This document shows positions 6,759 to 17,293 of a DNA stretch of 32,575 bases, in pieces. The position numbers were made by a program, and so were the translations under genes. Below the pieces are notes generated by a model. It saw only the letters and a program-made list of their open reading frames with translations, made no database searches and was not told where the DNA came from. The first letter of the stretch is position 1. The number at the start of each line of letters is the position of its first letter. Origin of the DNA: a virus; the IMG/VR virus record IMGVR_UViG_3300021400_000096, positions 1 through 32,575 of that record. One strand, written 5' to 3'.

Positions 6759-8285
6759 TTAACTTGTTCTAGTCCATAAATAAAATGTCTTATCTACTCC
6801 ACTAATAAACTTCCCTGATGTAGTTAATTCCCATGTAGTACCTGTTAATACAGTTTGTGGATTAACATTTGTTGTTGTCATCTTACAAGAACCTATTGGG
6901 AATAAATCAAAAAAGTTTATTCCATTTACAAACAAACTATTTGCAACAGATGGGAAACAATTAATACCTATAGATTGTAATAATATATCTATAAATAATA
7001 TTGGCATACCTTTTGGTACTACTAGATTGTAAGTAGTTGTACCAAACTTATCTTGTATAACTACTTGAAAATCCCAAGCAAACAACTTATCAATAACAAC
7101 AGTTGTTTCTACATTATCACTTAAAGATGTATAACTGTTATATGATGATGTTCCTGATTTTCTATATCTATATTTTATTGATTGGATTGCATTTTTGTTA
7201 TTTACTGATGAAATGGTAACTGCAACCTTTAACTTTGTGTCATCTTCATAGTTATTTACCCTTTTTGCAAGGATAGATGCAGTAGGTAGAACCCAACCTA
7301 ATATAGTTATTGTTTTTGATGCAGTTGTACTATTTCCTCTACTATCAACTGCTTTAATTGATACTGATAAGTTTTGACTAGAATTAACAGTACCATAATT
7401 AATTGTTGTTGGTGATGTTTTATTTTGAGTTGAACCATTAAATGTAACCTCATATCTGACAATTGATGCAGATTTCTTTGCAGTTGCACCTGTAAATGTT
7501 ACTTCTAAATTAGACCTATTTTGTACTATATGTTGATTATTACCTGTAATAGCAACAATTGAACTGTTTGTATCTTCATAAGAGATATTAGAACTTGCAA
7601 AAGTTGGATTTCCATTGACAATTGTCATGGTTTTATCTTGCCAAGACCAAAATTGTTCTGTTGTACCACTTATACAAGTTGCAATAACCTCTCTTACTGT
7701 CATAGAATTACCTGTACATTTTTGCCTTAATAATTCTCTTTCTGCACTTGTAAGATTAAATGTATAAGTGCCACTATTTCCAATATTATCTCTTTGAATA
7801 TTAACCCCACCAAACTCTAATCTAGCATTTAATCTAAATCCTCCGGGATTATTATATTTTATTGTAGGATTTTGTTCATCATTAAAATCTGTAGCACTTG
7901 TAACATTTGCTTGTCTAGGTATTGTTGATAAAGGACAACTTCCATTGTAAGTATTATTTCTATTGTAATAAACACTACCTTTTAATGTAAATCCAACATC
8001 TGATGCAGTACCATCATTATTATGGGTAACAGTTACTGTACCCTCTCTTGAACCTGTTGATGCAGGGAAATTATAAGAGTTCCAATTAGTAGTTTGAGTT
8101 CCATACTTTTCTTGTCCATGTACCCAAACACCCCAATTGTAGATAGTATAATAATTAACATTACCACCAATTGACTCTAATTTCCATCTAACAGTAGAGG
8201 TATTATTAGCAATATTTGTGCTTTCTTCCCAAACACTTAATTTTAAGTATCTTCCATCATAAGACCCTGTTTGAACACTTGCCAT
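6759..8285 (-). CDS. Tail-associated structural protein (baseplate / host-specificity, beta-rich)
   Basis: 508 aa, rich in S/T/N, located between Tal and the fibre. The N-terminus resembles siphovirus upper-baseplate or DUF859-like proteins, recalled from memory only. Confidence 0.6.
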   Translation of the reverse strand: MASVQTGSYDGRYLKLSVWEESTNIANNTSTVRWKLESIGGNVNYYTIYNWGVWVHGQEKYGTQTTNWNSYNFPASTGSREGTVTVTHNNDGTASDVGFTLKGSVYYNRNNTYNGSCPLSTIPRQANVTSATDFNDEQNPTIKYNNPGGFRLNARLEFGGVNIQRDNIGNSGTYTFNLTSAERELLRQKCTGNSMTVREVIATCISGTTEQFWSWQDKTMTIVNGNPTFASSNISYEDTNSSIVAITGNNQHIVQNRSNLEVTFTGATAKKSASIVRYEVTFNGSTQNKTSPTTINYGTVNSSQNLSVSIKAVDSRGNSTTASKTITILGWVLPTASILAKRVNNYEDDTKLKVAVTISSVNNKNAIQSIKYRYRKSGTSSYNSYTSLSDNVETTVVIDKLFAWDFQVVIQDKFGTTTYNLVVPKGMPILFIDILLQSIGINCFPSVANSLFVNGINFFDLFPIGSCKMTTTNVNPQTVLTGTTWELTTSGKFISGVDKTFYLWTRTS

Positions 8286-8295
8286 AAAACACCTC

Positions 8296-9963
8296 CTATA
8301 CTACTGCAACATAGCCAATACCATCATTGACTATATTTCCATTTTCTGTAATAGTTATTGGGATTTCTCTTAACTTATTAGCAATTGTTATTTCCTCTTC
8401 AACTACTGATTTTCTTTGATGAAACTCATCACCATCAACCCAATATGTTTTAACATTGTTTACATCATAACCTGCAAAACCTACTTCCGGATTAATCTTA
8501 ATATATGAATTATCATTATTAAAAAAAGTTAATCCTGTCTTATCTAAAAGACAAATTAACCTATTTGTTTCATCATATAATTCCATTGTTCCAGACTCAT
8601 TTAAGTTAGAACCTAATTTTAATGTTCCACCTTTAATCATATCTGCAACTAAATTAATAACATTAATCTGTTGCATGTCTAAAGTTCCATCAATAGTCCA
8701 TGCAGAATTAAATGTACCATTAATACCTGTTTGACTAAAACCTATTCCACCATTGCTAATCATGATACATTTTCTTGCAGTTTCTTTTGGTAAAGCATCA
8801 ACTACAAGTATTTTATCTCCATCATAAATACAATAAGACTCTCCCATTGATTGTCTTATTTTTTCTGTGGCTTCTGTTAATTCAGACTCTAATTTAGCAA
8901 TAATTTCATTGTTTTCTTTCTTTACTTCATTTGTAATTGATGATGTTACTGTTTGAATTAAGTTTTTTAATTTACTTTTAAAATTACCAAACTCTATCTT
9001 TGTATATTTATTTGCAATTGCATCATATTCTATAGCAATTACATTTGTAGTTAAATTGATTTTACATTTGGGATGATTAACATATATAATATCTCCTACA
9101 TCTGATACATTTTTTATATAAGCATCAACAGAATAATTAACTCTAGGTACTTTATTTACATTTAAGTATTCTTGAGCCTTGTTTCTTAAATCATTTATTA
9201 ATGCTTGATTATAAGCATTTTCATCTAATTCTCCATCAATAGTATAATCATCTTCAACTATATTACTTTGGTCAAAAGATATAACTTTTGATTTTGGAGT
9301 ATCATATAATTGTGTATCAAGTTCTATATAAGTTTCAGGTAACATAATACCATCTTTACCAACAGGTAATATTTTAGTTAAAACATTATCCCAAATCTCT
9401 TTTTTTACCATTTTTTTGATGTTTTTTTCATAAGATAATACAATTCCTCTATCTTCACCTATTTCATCTCTTATAGCCACATTAAAGCCATCTCTAACAA
9501 GGTGTCCTCCCCACCTTTCAACTACTGTTGCAAAGGCTTCTTCTAAAGAGTGTCTTATACATCTAAAAGAATTAACTCTAGTTACATCAGAAATAGTTGT
9601 AAATGGAGATGGATTATCTGTAGCCATATTAAGATGGTCTAAAGCATCATTACAATTCTTATCTACAACATAACTATCTCTAATAATATAATTTTTACTA
9701 TCAAAATACACATGATATGCTTTACAAGTTATAATATCATTTTCTACATTTGGATTAGTCAACCTAAATGGTTGATATCCCCATGGTGTTGATACCCTTA
9801 TAATCATATCTGCTTGATAATAATCAATAAAATCAATTTTATCCTTAATATCTAAATAATAATCTCCATTATCTTCTTTTCTAATTAATGCTTTTAATGG
9901 TTTTAATATTTTTAGACCATTATCATTAAAATCTTTTTCTGTAGATGGATATACACTAATCAT
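8296..9963 (-). CDS. Tail-associated lysin-type protein (Tal; phage minor structural protein N-terminal family)
   Basis: The start MISVYPSTEKDFNDNGLKILKPL... is typical of Tal or prophage tail endopeptidase N-termini. The ATG at 9963 overlaps the Dit stop (TAATG) after AGGTGG. Confidence 0.75.
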   Translation of the reverse strand: MISVYPSTEKDFNDNGLKILKPLKALIRKEDNGDYYLDIKDKIDFIDYYQADMIIRVSTPWGYQPFRLTNPNVENDIITCKAYHVYFDSKNYIIRDSYVVDKNCNDALDHLNMATDNPSPFTTISDVTRVNSFRCIRHSLEEAFATVVERWGGHLVRDGFNVAIRDEIGEDRGIVLSYEKNIKKMVKKEIWDNVLTKILPVGKDGIMLPETYIELDTQLYDTPKSKVISFDQSNIVEDDYTIDGELDENAYNQALINDLRNKAQEYLNVNKVPRVNYSVDAYIKNVSDVGDIIYVNHPKCKINLTTNVIAIEYDAIANKYTKIEFGNFKSKLKNLIQTVTSSITNEVKKENNEIIAKLESELTEATEKIRQSMGESYCIYDGDKILVVDALPKETARKCIMISNGGIGFSQTGINGTFNSAWTIDGTLDMQQINVINLVADMIKGGTLKLGSNLNESGTMELYDETNRLICLLDKTGLTFFNNDNSYIKINPEVGFAGYDVNNVKTYWVDGDEFHQRKSVVEEEITIANKLREIPITITENGNIVNDGIGYVAVV

Positions 9964-10661
9964 TATAACCACCTACTTTTTGGCTCTACTATTAATTTAG
10001 TTAAATTACCTGTCCAACTGATAGTATTGACTCCTACATCTAAAATAGGAAAATTGCCTGACATTTTTCTGTTTTTTAATATTAATCCTTTGTATGCTTC
10101 TAATTGCATAGAGTCAATTACAACAAACTCATCATCAATATTAACTGTAAAAACATCATAACCATTTATAGTTAATGTTACCTCACCATCACCATATAAA
10201 GTAATAATAGGTTTTGATTTCTCAAGACCTACATTTGTTACTTTAACCTCTGTTTCATTTGTTATATTAAACACAAATGGAGGTTCATTTAAAGCATATT
10301 TAAATGGTTGAACATGAAATGTTACTTTAGCAGTTCTAAATGTCAAAAGTCTTTCATAATCAACTTTACTGTATATTTGTGCTTTATATACTTTATCAGG
10401 TTCATTTGATAAAACTAAATCTCCTGAACCACTAAAATATTTTATTATTTTATCTATATTATTAGAGTTTTTTAATCCTATTTTGATAGATTTATTATAT
10501 GCTCTATAACCTAATTCATCTACAATATCACCATCTGCACCATCTATTTCAGTAATATCTACTCTTATTTCAGGGGATGAGATAGGAGATAATTCACTTA
10601 TAACCAAATTATCAAATGTATTACTATTAATACCTTTAAAAATTAAATAATTCTTACTCAT
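9963..10661 (-). CDS. Distal tail protein (Dit)
   Basis: 232 aa, located between the tape measure and Tal, with overlapping start and stop codons. Confidence 0.7.
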   Translation of the reverse strand: MSKNYLIFKGINSNTFDNLVISELSPISSPEIRVDITEIDGADGDIVDELGYRAYNKSIKIGLKNSNNIDKIIKYFSGSGDLVLSNEPDKVYKAQIYSKVDYERLLTFRTAKVTFHVQPFKYALNEPPFVFNITNETEVKVTNVGLEKSKPIITLYGDGEVTLTINGYDVFTVNIDDEFVVIDSMQLEAYKGLILKNRKMSGNFPILDVGVNTISWTGNLTKLIVEPKSRWL

Positions 10662-12961
10662 GTATAAATCACATCCTCTACTTTGTTTACAACTATTTCT
10701 CCTACCTTATCACCATCTAATTTTACATACATACCTGTTAAAGCATCTCTTACTGCTTCTGCAATAGACTCACTTTGAGATAGTACACCATTGTTAAATG
10801 AACTTGTAATATCATTATGTAATGTAGTATTGACTCCTACATCATAATCTGTTGGGATTGCATTTGCTATTTCTTTATTTACATCATCCATTTCATCTGA
10901 AAAACCTACACCAATACCTTTTGCAAGGTTTACACCTATTTCATCTCTGAATAAGGTTGATGGTGAGTTAATTCCAAATAATTTTTTGATAAACTTAAAT
11001 ACATTACCTACCCAACCTTTTATTTTGTCTTTAATCCAATTCAATGAATTACTAATACCATTCCATAACCCTTTAATCATATCAAGACCTACTGATGCCA
11101 TTTGAGTAACACCATTTGCTAGTCCTTTGACTAAAGCAGTTATTATTTGAGGTATTTTAGAAACTAATTGAGGTATTGCTTTTATTAATCCCTCTGCTAA
11201 TTTAATAATTAAAGTAATTCCCATTTGGATTATTTTAGGTAGATTATTTGTTATTGCAGTAATTAATTTATCAATTATTTCAGGCATTTTATCTATTAGT
11301 TTAGGTAAAGCCTCAATAATTCCATCTATCAATGCAAATATTATTTGAATACCTGCATCTATTATTTCATCTAGATGGTCTATTAATGTTTCAACAATTG
11401 TTATTACTGCATCTACAATTACAGGTATTAAATCAGGAATAGTTTGTACTAATCCATCTATTAATGATAATAATACTTGAATACCACACTCTATTATTTG
11501 AGGTAGATTTTGAACTAATGTTGTTACTAATTGCATAATAACCTGTGTTGCTACATTTGCAATCTGTGGCAAAATAGTTGTTAATCCACTTATTAAACTA
11601 GATATTATATTATTAACACTTTCAAGAACTCTAGGCATATTTGATGACATACCTTGAACTAAATTATCTATAGTATTCATACCTATTTCTAATAATTTAG
11701 GTAGTATTTCATCTGCAAAGGCAACTATCATATCACCAATACCACCTATTATTACTTCAATTCTAGGTATAATGTTATCTAAAGCAGTTATTAAACTTTC
11801 AACTAGATTATCAACTAATCCCTCAAAATTAGCATTGTCATCTGCAATACCAACTAGCATATTACTCCATGCAGATTTTAATGAAGCAACTGAACCTTGA
11901 ATTGTTGAACTTGCTTCTTTTGCAGTTGTTCCTGTTATTCCAAGTTCACCTTGTATAACATGAATAGCAGAATATACATCATTAAGATTTTTAATGTCAT
12001 ATTTAATTCCTGTTATTTTTTCTGCATCTGCTAAAAGTCTTTCCATTTCAGTTTTAGTTCCACCATAACCTAATTTCAAGTTATCTAACATTGTATAATT
12101 TTGTTTAGCAAAGCCTTGATAAGCATTTTGAATACTTTCCATTGAAGTACCCATTTTATTAGCATTATCTGCCATATCTGTTATTGCCATATCTGCTATC
12201 TCTGCAGATTTAGCAGTATCTCCATTTAAACTTTGTAATAAAGAGGCACTAAATGATGTTACTGTTTCCATATATTGGTTTGCAGATAAACCTGCAGTTT
12301 TATAAGCATTATTAGCATAATTTTGTACTATACCTGCACTATCTTTAAATAATGTTTCTACCCCACCTACTAATTGTTCATAATCTGCATAACTTTCTAA
12401 TGCTTGTTTCCCAACATCTATGAACATAGAGCCTAGTTTCTTCATACCATCAACAAGTTCAGATATACCTTTTTTAATAGCATCACTTATTAAATTAGCC
12501 TTAATTATATCTCCTAGAGATAAAACCTTTTTACCTGCTTTATCAGACTCATTACCTAATTCTTTAACTTCATCTGCATTATCTTCTGTGGCTTCACTTG
12601 ATTTTTTCATTGTTTCTTCGTTGTCTTTTACTTCTTTTTCCATAGAAACTAATTGAGCAGTTGCTTTATTTAATTCAGTTTGCCATTTTTGAGTAGTAGC
12701 AGAACTTTCTCCTGTTTCTGCTTTAGACTCTTCTAAAGCCTTTGTCAAAACTTCTACTTTTTCCTTTTGTGCTTCAATCTGTTTATTTAAAACTTGATTT
12801 CTTTCTGCTAGTCCTTGTACAGATTTATCATTTCTCCCATAAGTTGCAGTTACTATCTGCATCTCACTAGACATAACTTTTAAATTAGAAACAATTTCAC
12901 TTAATGCTTTTCTATATTCAGTTTCTCCTGAAAGTTTGACAGTACCACCAAATGAACTCAT
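10658..12961 (-). CDS. Tape measure protein
   Basis: 767 aa with an N-terminal coiled coil and a long helical periodic central region (LPQIIECGIQVLLSLIDGLVQTIPDLIP... repeats). It follows the frameshifted chaperone. Confidence 0.9.
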   Translation of the reverse strand: MSSFGGTVKLSGETEYRKALSEIVSNLKVMSSEMQIVTATYGRNDKSVQGLAERNQVLNKQIEAQKEKVEVLTKALEESKAETGESSATTQKWQTELNKATAQLVSMEKEVKDNEETMKKSSEATEDNADEVKELGNESDKAGKKVLSLGDIIKANLISDAIKKGISELVDGMKKLGSMFIDVGKQALESYADYEQLVGGVETLFKDSAGIVQNYANNAYKTAGLSANQYMETVTSFSASLLQSLNGDTAKSAEIADMAITDMADNANKMGTSMESIQNAYQGFAKQNYTMLDNLKLGYGGTKTEMERLLADAEKITGIKYDIKNLNDVYSAIHVIQGELGITGTTAKEASSTIQGSVASLKSAWSNMLVGIADDNANFEGLVDNLVESLITALDNIIPRIEVIIGGIGDMIVAFADEILPKLLEIGMNTIDNLVQGMSSNMPRVLESVNNIISSLISGLTTILPQIANVATQVIMQLVTTLVQNLPQIIECGIQVLLSLIDGLVQTIPDLIPVIVDAVITIVETLIDHLDEIIDAGIQIIFALIDGIIEALPKLIDKMPEIIDKLITAITNNLPKIIQMGITLIIKLAEGLIKAIPQLVSKIPQIITALVKGLANGVTQMASVGLDMIKGLWNGISNSLNWIKDKIKGWVGNVFKFIKKLFGINSPSTLFRDEIGVNLAKGIGVGFSDEMDDVNKEIANAIPTDYDVGVNTTLHNDITSSFNNGVLSQSESIAEAVRDALTGMYVKLDGDKVGEIVVNKVEDVIYT

Positions 12962-12996
12962 AACATACCTCCTCTCTTATCAGTAAAAAAGGACAC

Positions 12997-13583
12997 CTAA
13001 TCATCAGGAGTCCACTCTTCACTTTCCATTATTTTCTCTTCTAATTCTCTATAGGTTCTCTTTGATAAAGTAAAATCATAATAATTTTGATAATGATTAT
13101 ATAATTTCATCAACTTACCAAGTGTCATGTGTTTTACTTCTTTTGCAGTAAAACCTAATAGAGTATGACCTACAAATAATAACCACGAGAAATCAATTAT
13201 TACTTCATCTTCCTCGTGGATTATTCGTTTTTTGAATTATCTGTTTGATTGGCATCTATAATGCTCTCACCTAATTTACTAATAGATTTTTCTAATCCAA
13301 TTTTAGTAACAATTCTACCTACTTGTTTTGTATTAACAAGTTGTAACTTTTCTGCATCAGGATTTTCATCATTAAAGATTTCAATTCCCTCATTAACCAT
13401 TTCTGTTAATCCAAATAATAAATCTTTGACATTTGGTTCTACATCTTTATCTTTTGTAAAGATATGCTCTTTCCACTCATCCATAGAGCCATATTCATTT
13501 TGAATTGTTTCCATTACATTTAATGTAAAAATAATAGGGAACTTTTTTGTTTCCTCATCTAAATAAATTAAGTTTGTTTTCAT
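12997..13583 (-). CDS. Tail assembly chaperone, -1 frameshift fusion product (gpGT-like, ~195 aa)
   Basis: The slippery A_AAA_AAC is 2 codons before the 0-frame stop. The -1 frame is open for 76 further codons (RIIHEEDEVIIDFSWLLFVGH...EEWTPDD) and ends at 12997, 35 nt before the tape-measure start. Confidence 0.7.
13221..13583 (-). CDS. Tail assembly chaperone (gpG-like, 0-frame product)
   Basis: 120-aa acidic protein between the major tail protein and the tape measure. Confidence 0.8.
   Translation of the reverse strand: MKTNLIYLDEETKKFPIIFTLNVMETIQNEYGSMDEWKEHIFTKDKDVEPNVKDLLFGLTEMVNEGIEIFNDENPDAEKLQLVNTKQVGRIVTKIGLEKSISKLGESIIDANQTDNSKNE
13227..13233 (-). promoter_or_regulatory. Programmed -1 ribosomal frameshift heptamer A_AAA_AAC
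   Basis: Plus strand gtttttt corresponds to minus strand AAAAAAC, with 0-frame codons AAA AAC. Confidence 0.65.
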
Positions 13584-13602
13584 CTTTCTTTACCTCCTTA
13601 AA

Positions 13603-13640
13603 ATAAAAAAGATGGGTTAATACATAATGTACTAACCCAT
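13603..13640 (-). terminator. Intrinsic terminator after the major tail protein gene
   Basis: Stem ATGGGTTA/TAACCCAT (13612..13619 and 13633..13640) plus inner TAC/GTA pairs. A U-run (CTTTTTTATTTT) follows on the minus RNA. Confidence 0.6.
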
Positions 13641-13654
13641 TTATTATGATGCAC

Positions 13655-14218
13655 TTATTCTGCACTCATTAAATTATCTAAATAGGCTTGTGCTTCTGCA
13701 TCAGTATCAAATGTTTTGTGTCTTTCATATAATGGTTTTGTTGCACCATCAACTGTTGTATCAACAACATAAATGTTTCCCTCAACTGTTGGTGTTTGAA
13801 AAGCAATACTCTCGCCTTTAGTTTCACTATCGTTAGCAAAAGGTTTGAATTTTACTTTTAAAAAGAACTCTGCCTTATATTTTTTTACACCATTAACCAT
13901 TTTAACTAAAACTCTACCAAAGCCTACATAAGGTGCAACATCATCTGATGATTTTAGAACTTCACCATTTTCTGTAGTAGTATGTCCTAATAATGGTGCA
14001 AAGATTGTATCATCATCATCTGCAACTGTTAAAGATAAAGTACCTTTAGTTACTTCTGATGCACTTTCTACAACAGTATCATCTGCATATAAATCTGCTT
14101 CTGCAACATTTAATGATGGTGTTGCCTTAATTGCACCTACCATCTCGTTAACACCTGTATATTTACCATTTGCACCAATTGGTGAATATTTAAAATGTCT
14201 TAATCCTATTTGTGCCAT
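13655..14218 (-). CDS. Major tail protein (phi13-like family)
   Basis: 187 aa starting MAQIGLRHFKYSPIG..., located directly upstream of the chaperone pair. Confidence 0.8.
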   Translation of the reverse strand: MAQIGLRHFKYSPIGANGKYTGVNEMVGAIKATPSLNVAEADLYADDTVVESASEVTKGTLSLTVADDDDTIFAPLLGHTTTENGEVLKSSDDVAPYVGFGRVLVKMVNGVKKYKAEFFLKVKFKPFANDSETKGESIAFQTPTVEGNIYVVDTTVDGATKPLYERHKTFDTDAEAQAYLDNLMSAE

Positions 14219-14563
14219 CTATAACACACTCCTCTCCTTGGCAAATGTAATTGTTTTATGATATAGTCTTGTATCTTCTTCAAACATATCAGGACTATCC
14301 TCAATCCAAACAAAATCATTTTCCGACATTTTTTCTTTAATTTTTGAAACAATATTTAAATAATTACCATCAGTATATACATCAAAATCAAAAACAGATG
14401 AACTATATAAAAGTTTGTCATCTGCTTCTAATTCAGGAATATGGTCTATTTCATGATAAGTAATGTATGTTTTTTCTTTACCTCTATATTTAATAAATGC
14501 AATAGGTATTTTAACACTATCAACTTCAAAGTCTTTAAAGATGCTCTCTATTTCTGTATTCAT
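14219..14563 (-). CDS. Tail terminator / tail completion protein
   Basis: 114 aa. Assigned from its position between the HK97 gp10-like protein and the major tail protein. Confidence 0.55.
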   Translation of the reverse strand: MNTEIESIFKDFEVDSVKIPIAFIKYRGKEKTYITYHEIDHIPELEADDKLLYSSSVFDFDVYTDGNYLNIVSKIKEKMSENDFVWIEDSPDMFEEDTRLYHKTITFAKERSVL

Positions 14564-14565
14564 AA

Positions 14566-14979
14566 CTACTCCTTTGGTAAATATTTTTCTTCAATTCGTT
14601 TCATAGCACTTTCAATCTCTTGTTTTCTAAAAGATTTCCTAAAAAAAGGCTTTTTAGCCTCTCCTCTGCTCGTTCCATACTCTCTTGCCATTGCAACCAA
14701 TGGTGCAGGATGCTTTTTTTCTGCATCCAAATAACCTGATATCATTACTTTATTATTAATGCTATCATCTGATGGAGTACGATATGTTTTTGAAACAAAT
14801 AAACACTTTTTTAGCCTATCAGTTGATTTAAATGACCTAGACATATTGTTGATGACATTTTTTTCAACAACTTCTGCACCTGCTTTTGTCATTTCTCCCA
14901 TCATTTCAGGAGTTTCAACTGATAATTTTTCAAACTCTTTTATTAAATCGTTTGGTAATTCAATACTAAATCGTGCCAT
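14566..14979 (-). CDS. HK97 gp10-family neck/tail component
   Basis: 137 aa. The N-terminus MARFSIELPNDLIKEFEKLS... and the position fit the HK97 gp10 family. Confidence 0.6.
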   Translation of the reverse strand: MARFSIELPNDLIKEFEKLSVETPEMMGEMTKAGAEVVEKNVINNMSRSFKSTDRLKKCLFVSKTYRTPSDDSINNKVMISGYLDAEKKHPAPLVAMAREYGTSRGEAKKPFFRKSFRKQEIESAMKRIEEKYLPKE

Positions 14980-15320
14980 TACTTAACAACCACTTTCGCT
15001 TGTATTTCCAACTCAACAGAGTTTTCATCAATATTATTTAAATATTCAATAGTGTATGTCTTATTATTATATTTAATAAACATATCTCTAGTTATAGTAG
15101 TTTTTGCAGGATATCTAATAGTAAAGTTTGTATATGCTTTTTCAAAATCTGAATTGTTTTGAATTAAAGTAAAACCTTTAGTAGTTTTTACCTGTGCATA
15201 AGTCTTTAATATTACTGTTTCAGTAGGTTTAGAAAAACCTGCATCATCTATAACATCCACAATACTACATATTTCAATAAGTTTATTATATTTACCTGCA
15301 TTTTTAACAGTATTCATCAT
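14979..15320 (-). CDS. Head closure / head-tail adaptor protein
   Basis: 113 aa with start and stop overlapping the neighbouring genes, in the canonical position. Confidence 0.6.
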   Translation of the reverse strand: MMNTVKNAGKYNKLIEICSIVDVIDDAGFSKPTETVILKTYAQVKTTKGFTLIQNNSDFEKAYTNFTIRYPAKTTITRDMFIKYNNKTYTIEYLNNIDENSVELEIQAKVVVK

Positions 15321-15613
15321 AATAAGTTCCTTGAGTGCATATCCAATATAGATTGAACCATAACATTAACATTATTATTATCAACATAATATGACCTAGT
15401 ATCATATAAATCTTGGCATAGTACATAAAATACTGCAACCAAATCAGAATATTTATCTATGTCATCATCTGTTAGACCTGTATTGTTTTTGATATAGTCA
15501 ATTATAATTTTTTTTATTGTTTCAAGATATTTTTCATCTTTCTCTGATATTTCAGATATTCGTAAATAAGTTTTAATCTCATCTACTGTTATTTCACTAA
15601 CTTTAGTAATCAT
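15317..15613 (-). CDS. gp6-like head-tail connector protein
   Basis: 98 aa. ITVDEIKTYLRI... is a typical N-terminus of the DNA-packaging / head-tail connector family. Confidence 0.65.
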   Translation of the reverse strand: MITKVSEITVDEIKTYLRISEISEKDEKYLETIKKIIIDYIKNNTGLTDDDIDKYSDLVAVFYVLCQDLYDTRSYYVDNNNVNVMVQSILDMHSRNLL

Positions 15614-15659
15614 AACTATTCCTCCTATCCTTGGGAGTTTGCCTGAACAATTGAATTAC

Positions 15660-16088
15660 TTACTCTTTCTTACTTTTAGATGATTTATCATCATCTTTTT
15701 CATCAGGATTATTTTTTGACTCTTCACCATTTTCTCCATCTTCTATTGGTTTAGAGTCTGTATTATTATCTAAATTATCTCCATTATCTTCGTTATTATC
15801 TGCATTATCATCATTTACTGATGGTGCAGTTAATTCTTCAATAGTTTTCTCCAATTCTTCAACTTTATCTTTTAAAGTTTGGATTTCTGCATCTTTTTCT
15901 ACTAATTGAGAATTAAGATTTTTAATTTCATCATCCTTTTCTTTATTAGACATATCTTGTTTAGAATATGGAGTGATATAACCTGCTTCAATAAGGGCAG
16001 AGGCTAATTTTTTATCAATATTTTTGATTACCTTGCCCTTAACTGCAGATATTTCATTATTTGCAAATCCTTTTAATACTAGATACAT
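15660..16088 (-). CDS. Hypothetical head-module protein with coiled coil and acidic tail
   Basis: 142 aa, directly after the capsid gene. The C-terminus is a low-complexity D/E/N-rich stretch. Confidence 0.6.
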   Translation of the reverse strand: MYLVLKGFANNEISAVKGKVIKNIDKKLASALIEAGYITPYSKQDMSNKEKDDEIKNLNSQLVEKDAEIQTLKDKVEELEKTIEELTAPSVNDDNADNNEDNGDNLDNNTDSKPIEDGENGEESKNNPDEKDDDKSSKSKKE

Positions 16089-16101
16089 TATTTACCTCTT
16101 A

Positions 16102-17292
16102 TTAAGCAGATTTAATAGTTAATTTAGATAATTTTTGAAGATGTTCAATTTTAATATCACACTCTAACCATGCAACTACACCTGTAGCATGTTGAGTAGC
16201 ATATTTTTCTCTTAAAACTTGGATTTCTAATTCTTTAGTAGTTTTTAATGCTAATCCACTAAAGTTACCAAAGATGATTGGTGATTTACCACCTGCAATA
16301 CCTTCCATATTATCAGATACATATACAGGATATCCTAATACCATACCATCAAACTCACCTGTTGGGTCTGGTAAGAACATAGGTCTTTCATTACCATCTT
16401 TCATTGTTTCAACCACTGTTTGAGTATCTTGGTTCATAACCCAAATAGAACCTTTTCTAAATGATTGAATAACTTTATTTTTAACTTTTACTAAATCATC
16501 ATAAGAAATAACTCCTGCTACTGCAGTTTCAACTGTTTGAGTTGCAGGGATTTCACTACATCCTGCAATTTTGTTTTCAGTACCATTTAATGCTTCTCCC
16601 TCAAGGAATAGTTTTACATATTCTGCAATAATATTAATAACAACATTTACTAAATCAATATCAGTATTATTTACTAATGAATTACCAATCTTTGCTAATG
16701 CTCCAATTAAATAATCTTCTAATGTAACAGAAGTAAACTTACCTGCTTTTTCTACTAATTCAGTAAAATCTTGTCCATAAGCAACAGTAATATCATCATT
16801 ATCATCTTTACCATAAACAGGTATTTCTAATTTACCTTTAGTGTTATATTTAGTTGCTTTTTCCAAAATTGGACTCATATTAAATGCAGTAGTTATAATT
16901 TTATTTGCAATTGTTGTTGGTACAATTACTCCATTATTTCCTTGTGAAAATGATGAGCCACCTGCTCTATTTTCAGTTAAAACTTCATTTCTTATGTATT
17001 TAGCAAAGTTTTCAATATCTCTTTGTTCTAATTCTAATGCTCTTTCTTCTTCTGACATTTTTTCTTCCTCCTTTTGTTTTTCCTCTTCTTTTTCTGCATC
17101 ATCAACTAATTCTCTACTTGCTTCAAATGCTTCAAGAGTTTTGTTGATTGCTTCAATCTGACTCTTTAATTCATCAAATTGTTTTTGTTCATCTTCTGTA
17201 AAGGCTCTTTCTTCTGCCTTTACTCCATTTAACAAAGTTTCCATTTCTGCAACCTTTGTATTCTTATCCTCATTAAGTTTCTTAATATTCAT
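16102..17292 (-). CDS. Major capsid protein, HK97 family (with N-terminal delta/scaffold domain)
   Basis: 396 aa with a coiled-coil first ~100 aa followed by a capsid fold region. It sits immediately after the prohead protease. Confidence 0.85.
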   Translation of the reverse strand: MNIKKLNEDKNTKVAEMETLLNGVKAEERAFTEDEQKQFDELKSQIEAINKTLEAFEASRELVDDAEKEEEKQKEEEKMSEEERALELEQRDIENFAKYIRNEVLTENRAGGSSFSQGNNGVIVPTTIANKIITTAFNMSPILEKATKYNTKGKLEIPVYGKDDNDDITVAYGQDFTELVEKAGKFTSVTLEDYLIGALAKIGNSLVNNTDIDLVNVVINIIAEYVKLFLEGEALNGTENKIAGCSEIPATQTVETAVAGVISYDDLVKVKNKVIQSFRKGSIWVMNQDTQTVVETMKDGNERPMFLPDPTGEFDGMVLGYPVYVSDNMEGIAGGKSPIIFGNFSGLALKTTKELEIQVLREKYATQHATGVVAWLECDIKIEHLQKLSKLTIKSA

Positions 17293-17293
17293 A

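Noticed and set aside
10980-11700. Periodic repeats in the tape-measure gene as DNA tandem repeats
   Set aside because: The periodicity is at protein level (degenerate helical LPxIIxxG... units). No exact nucleotide repeats were seen. This is typical of tape-measure proteins.
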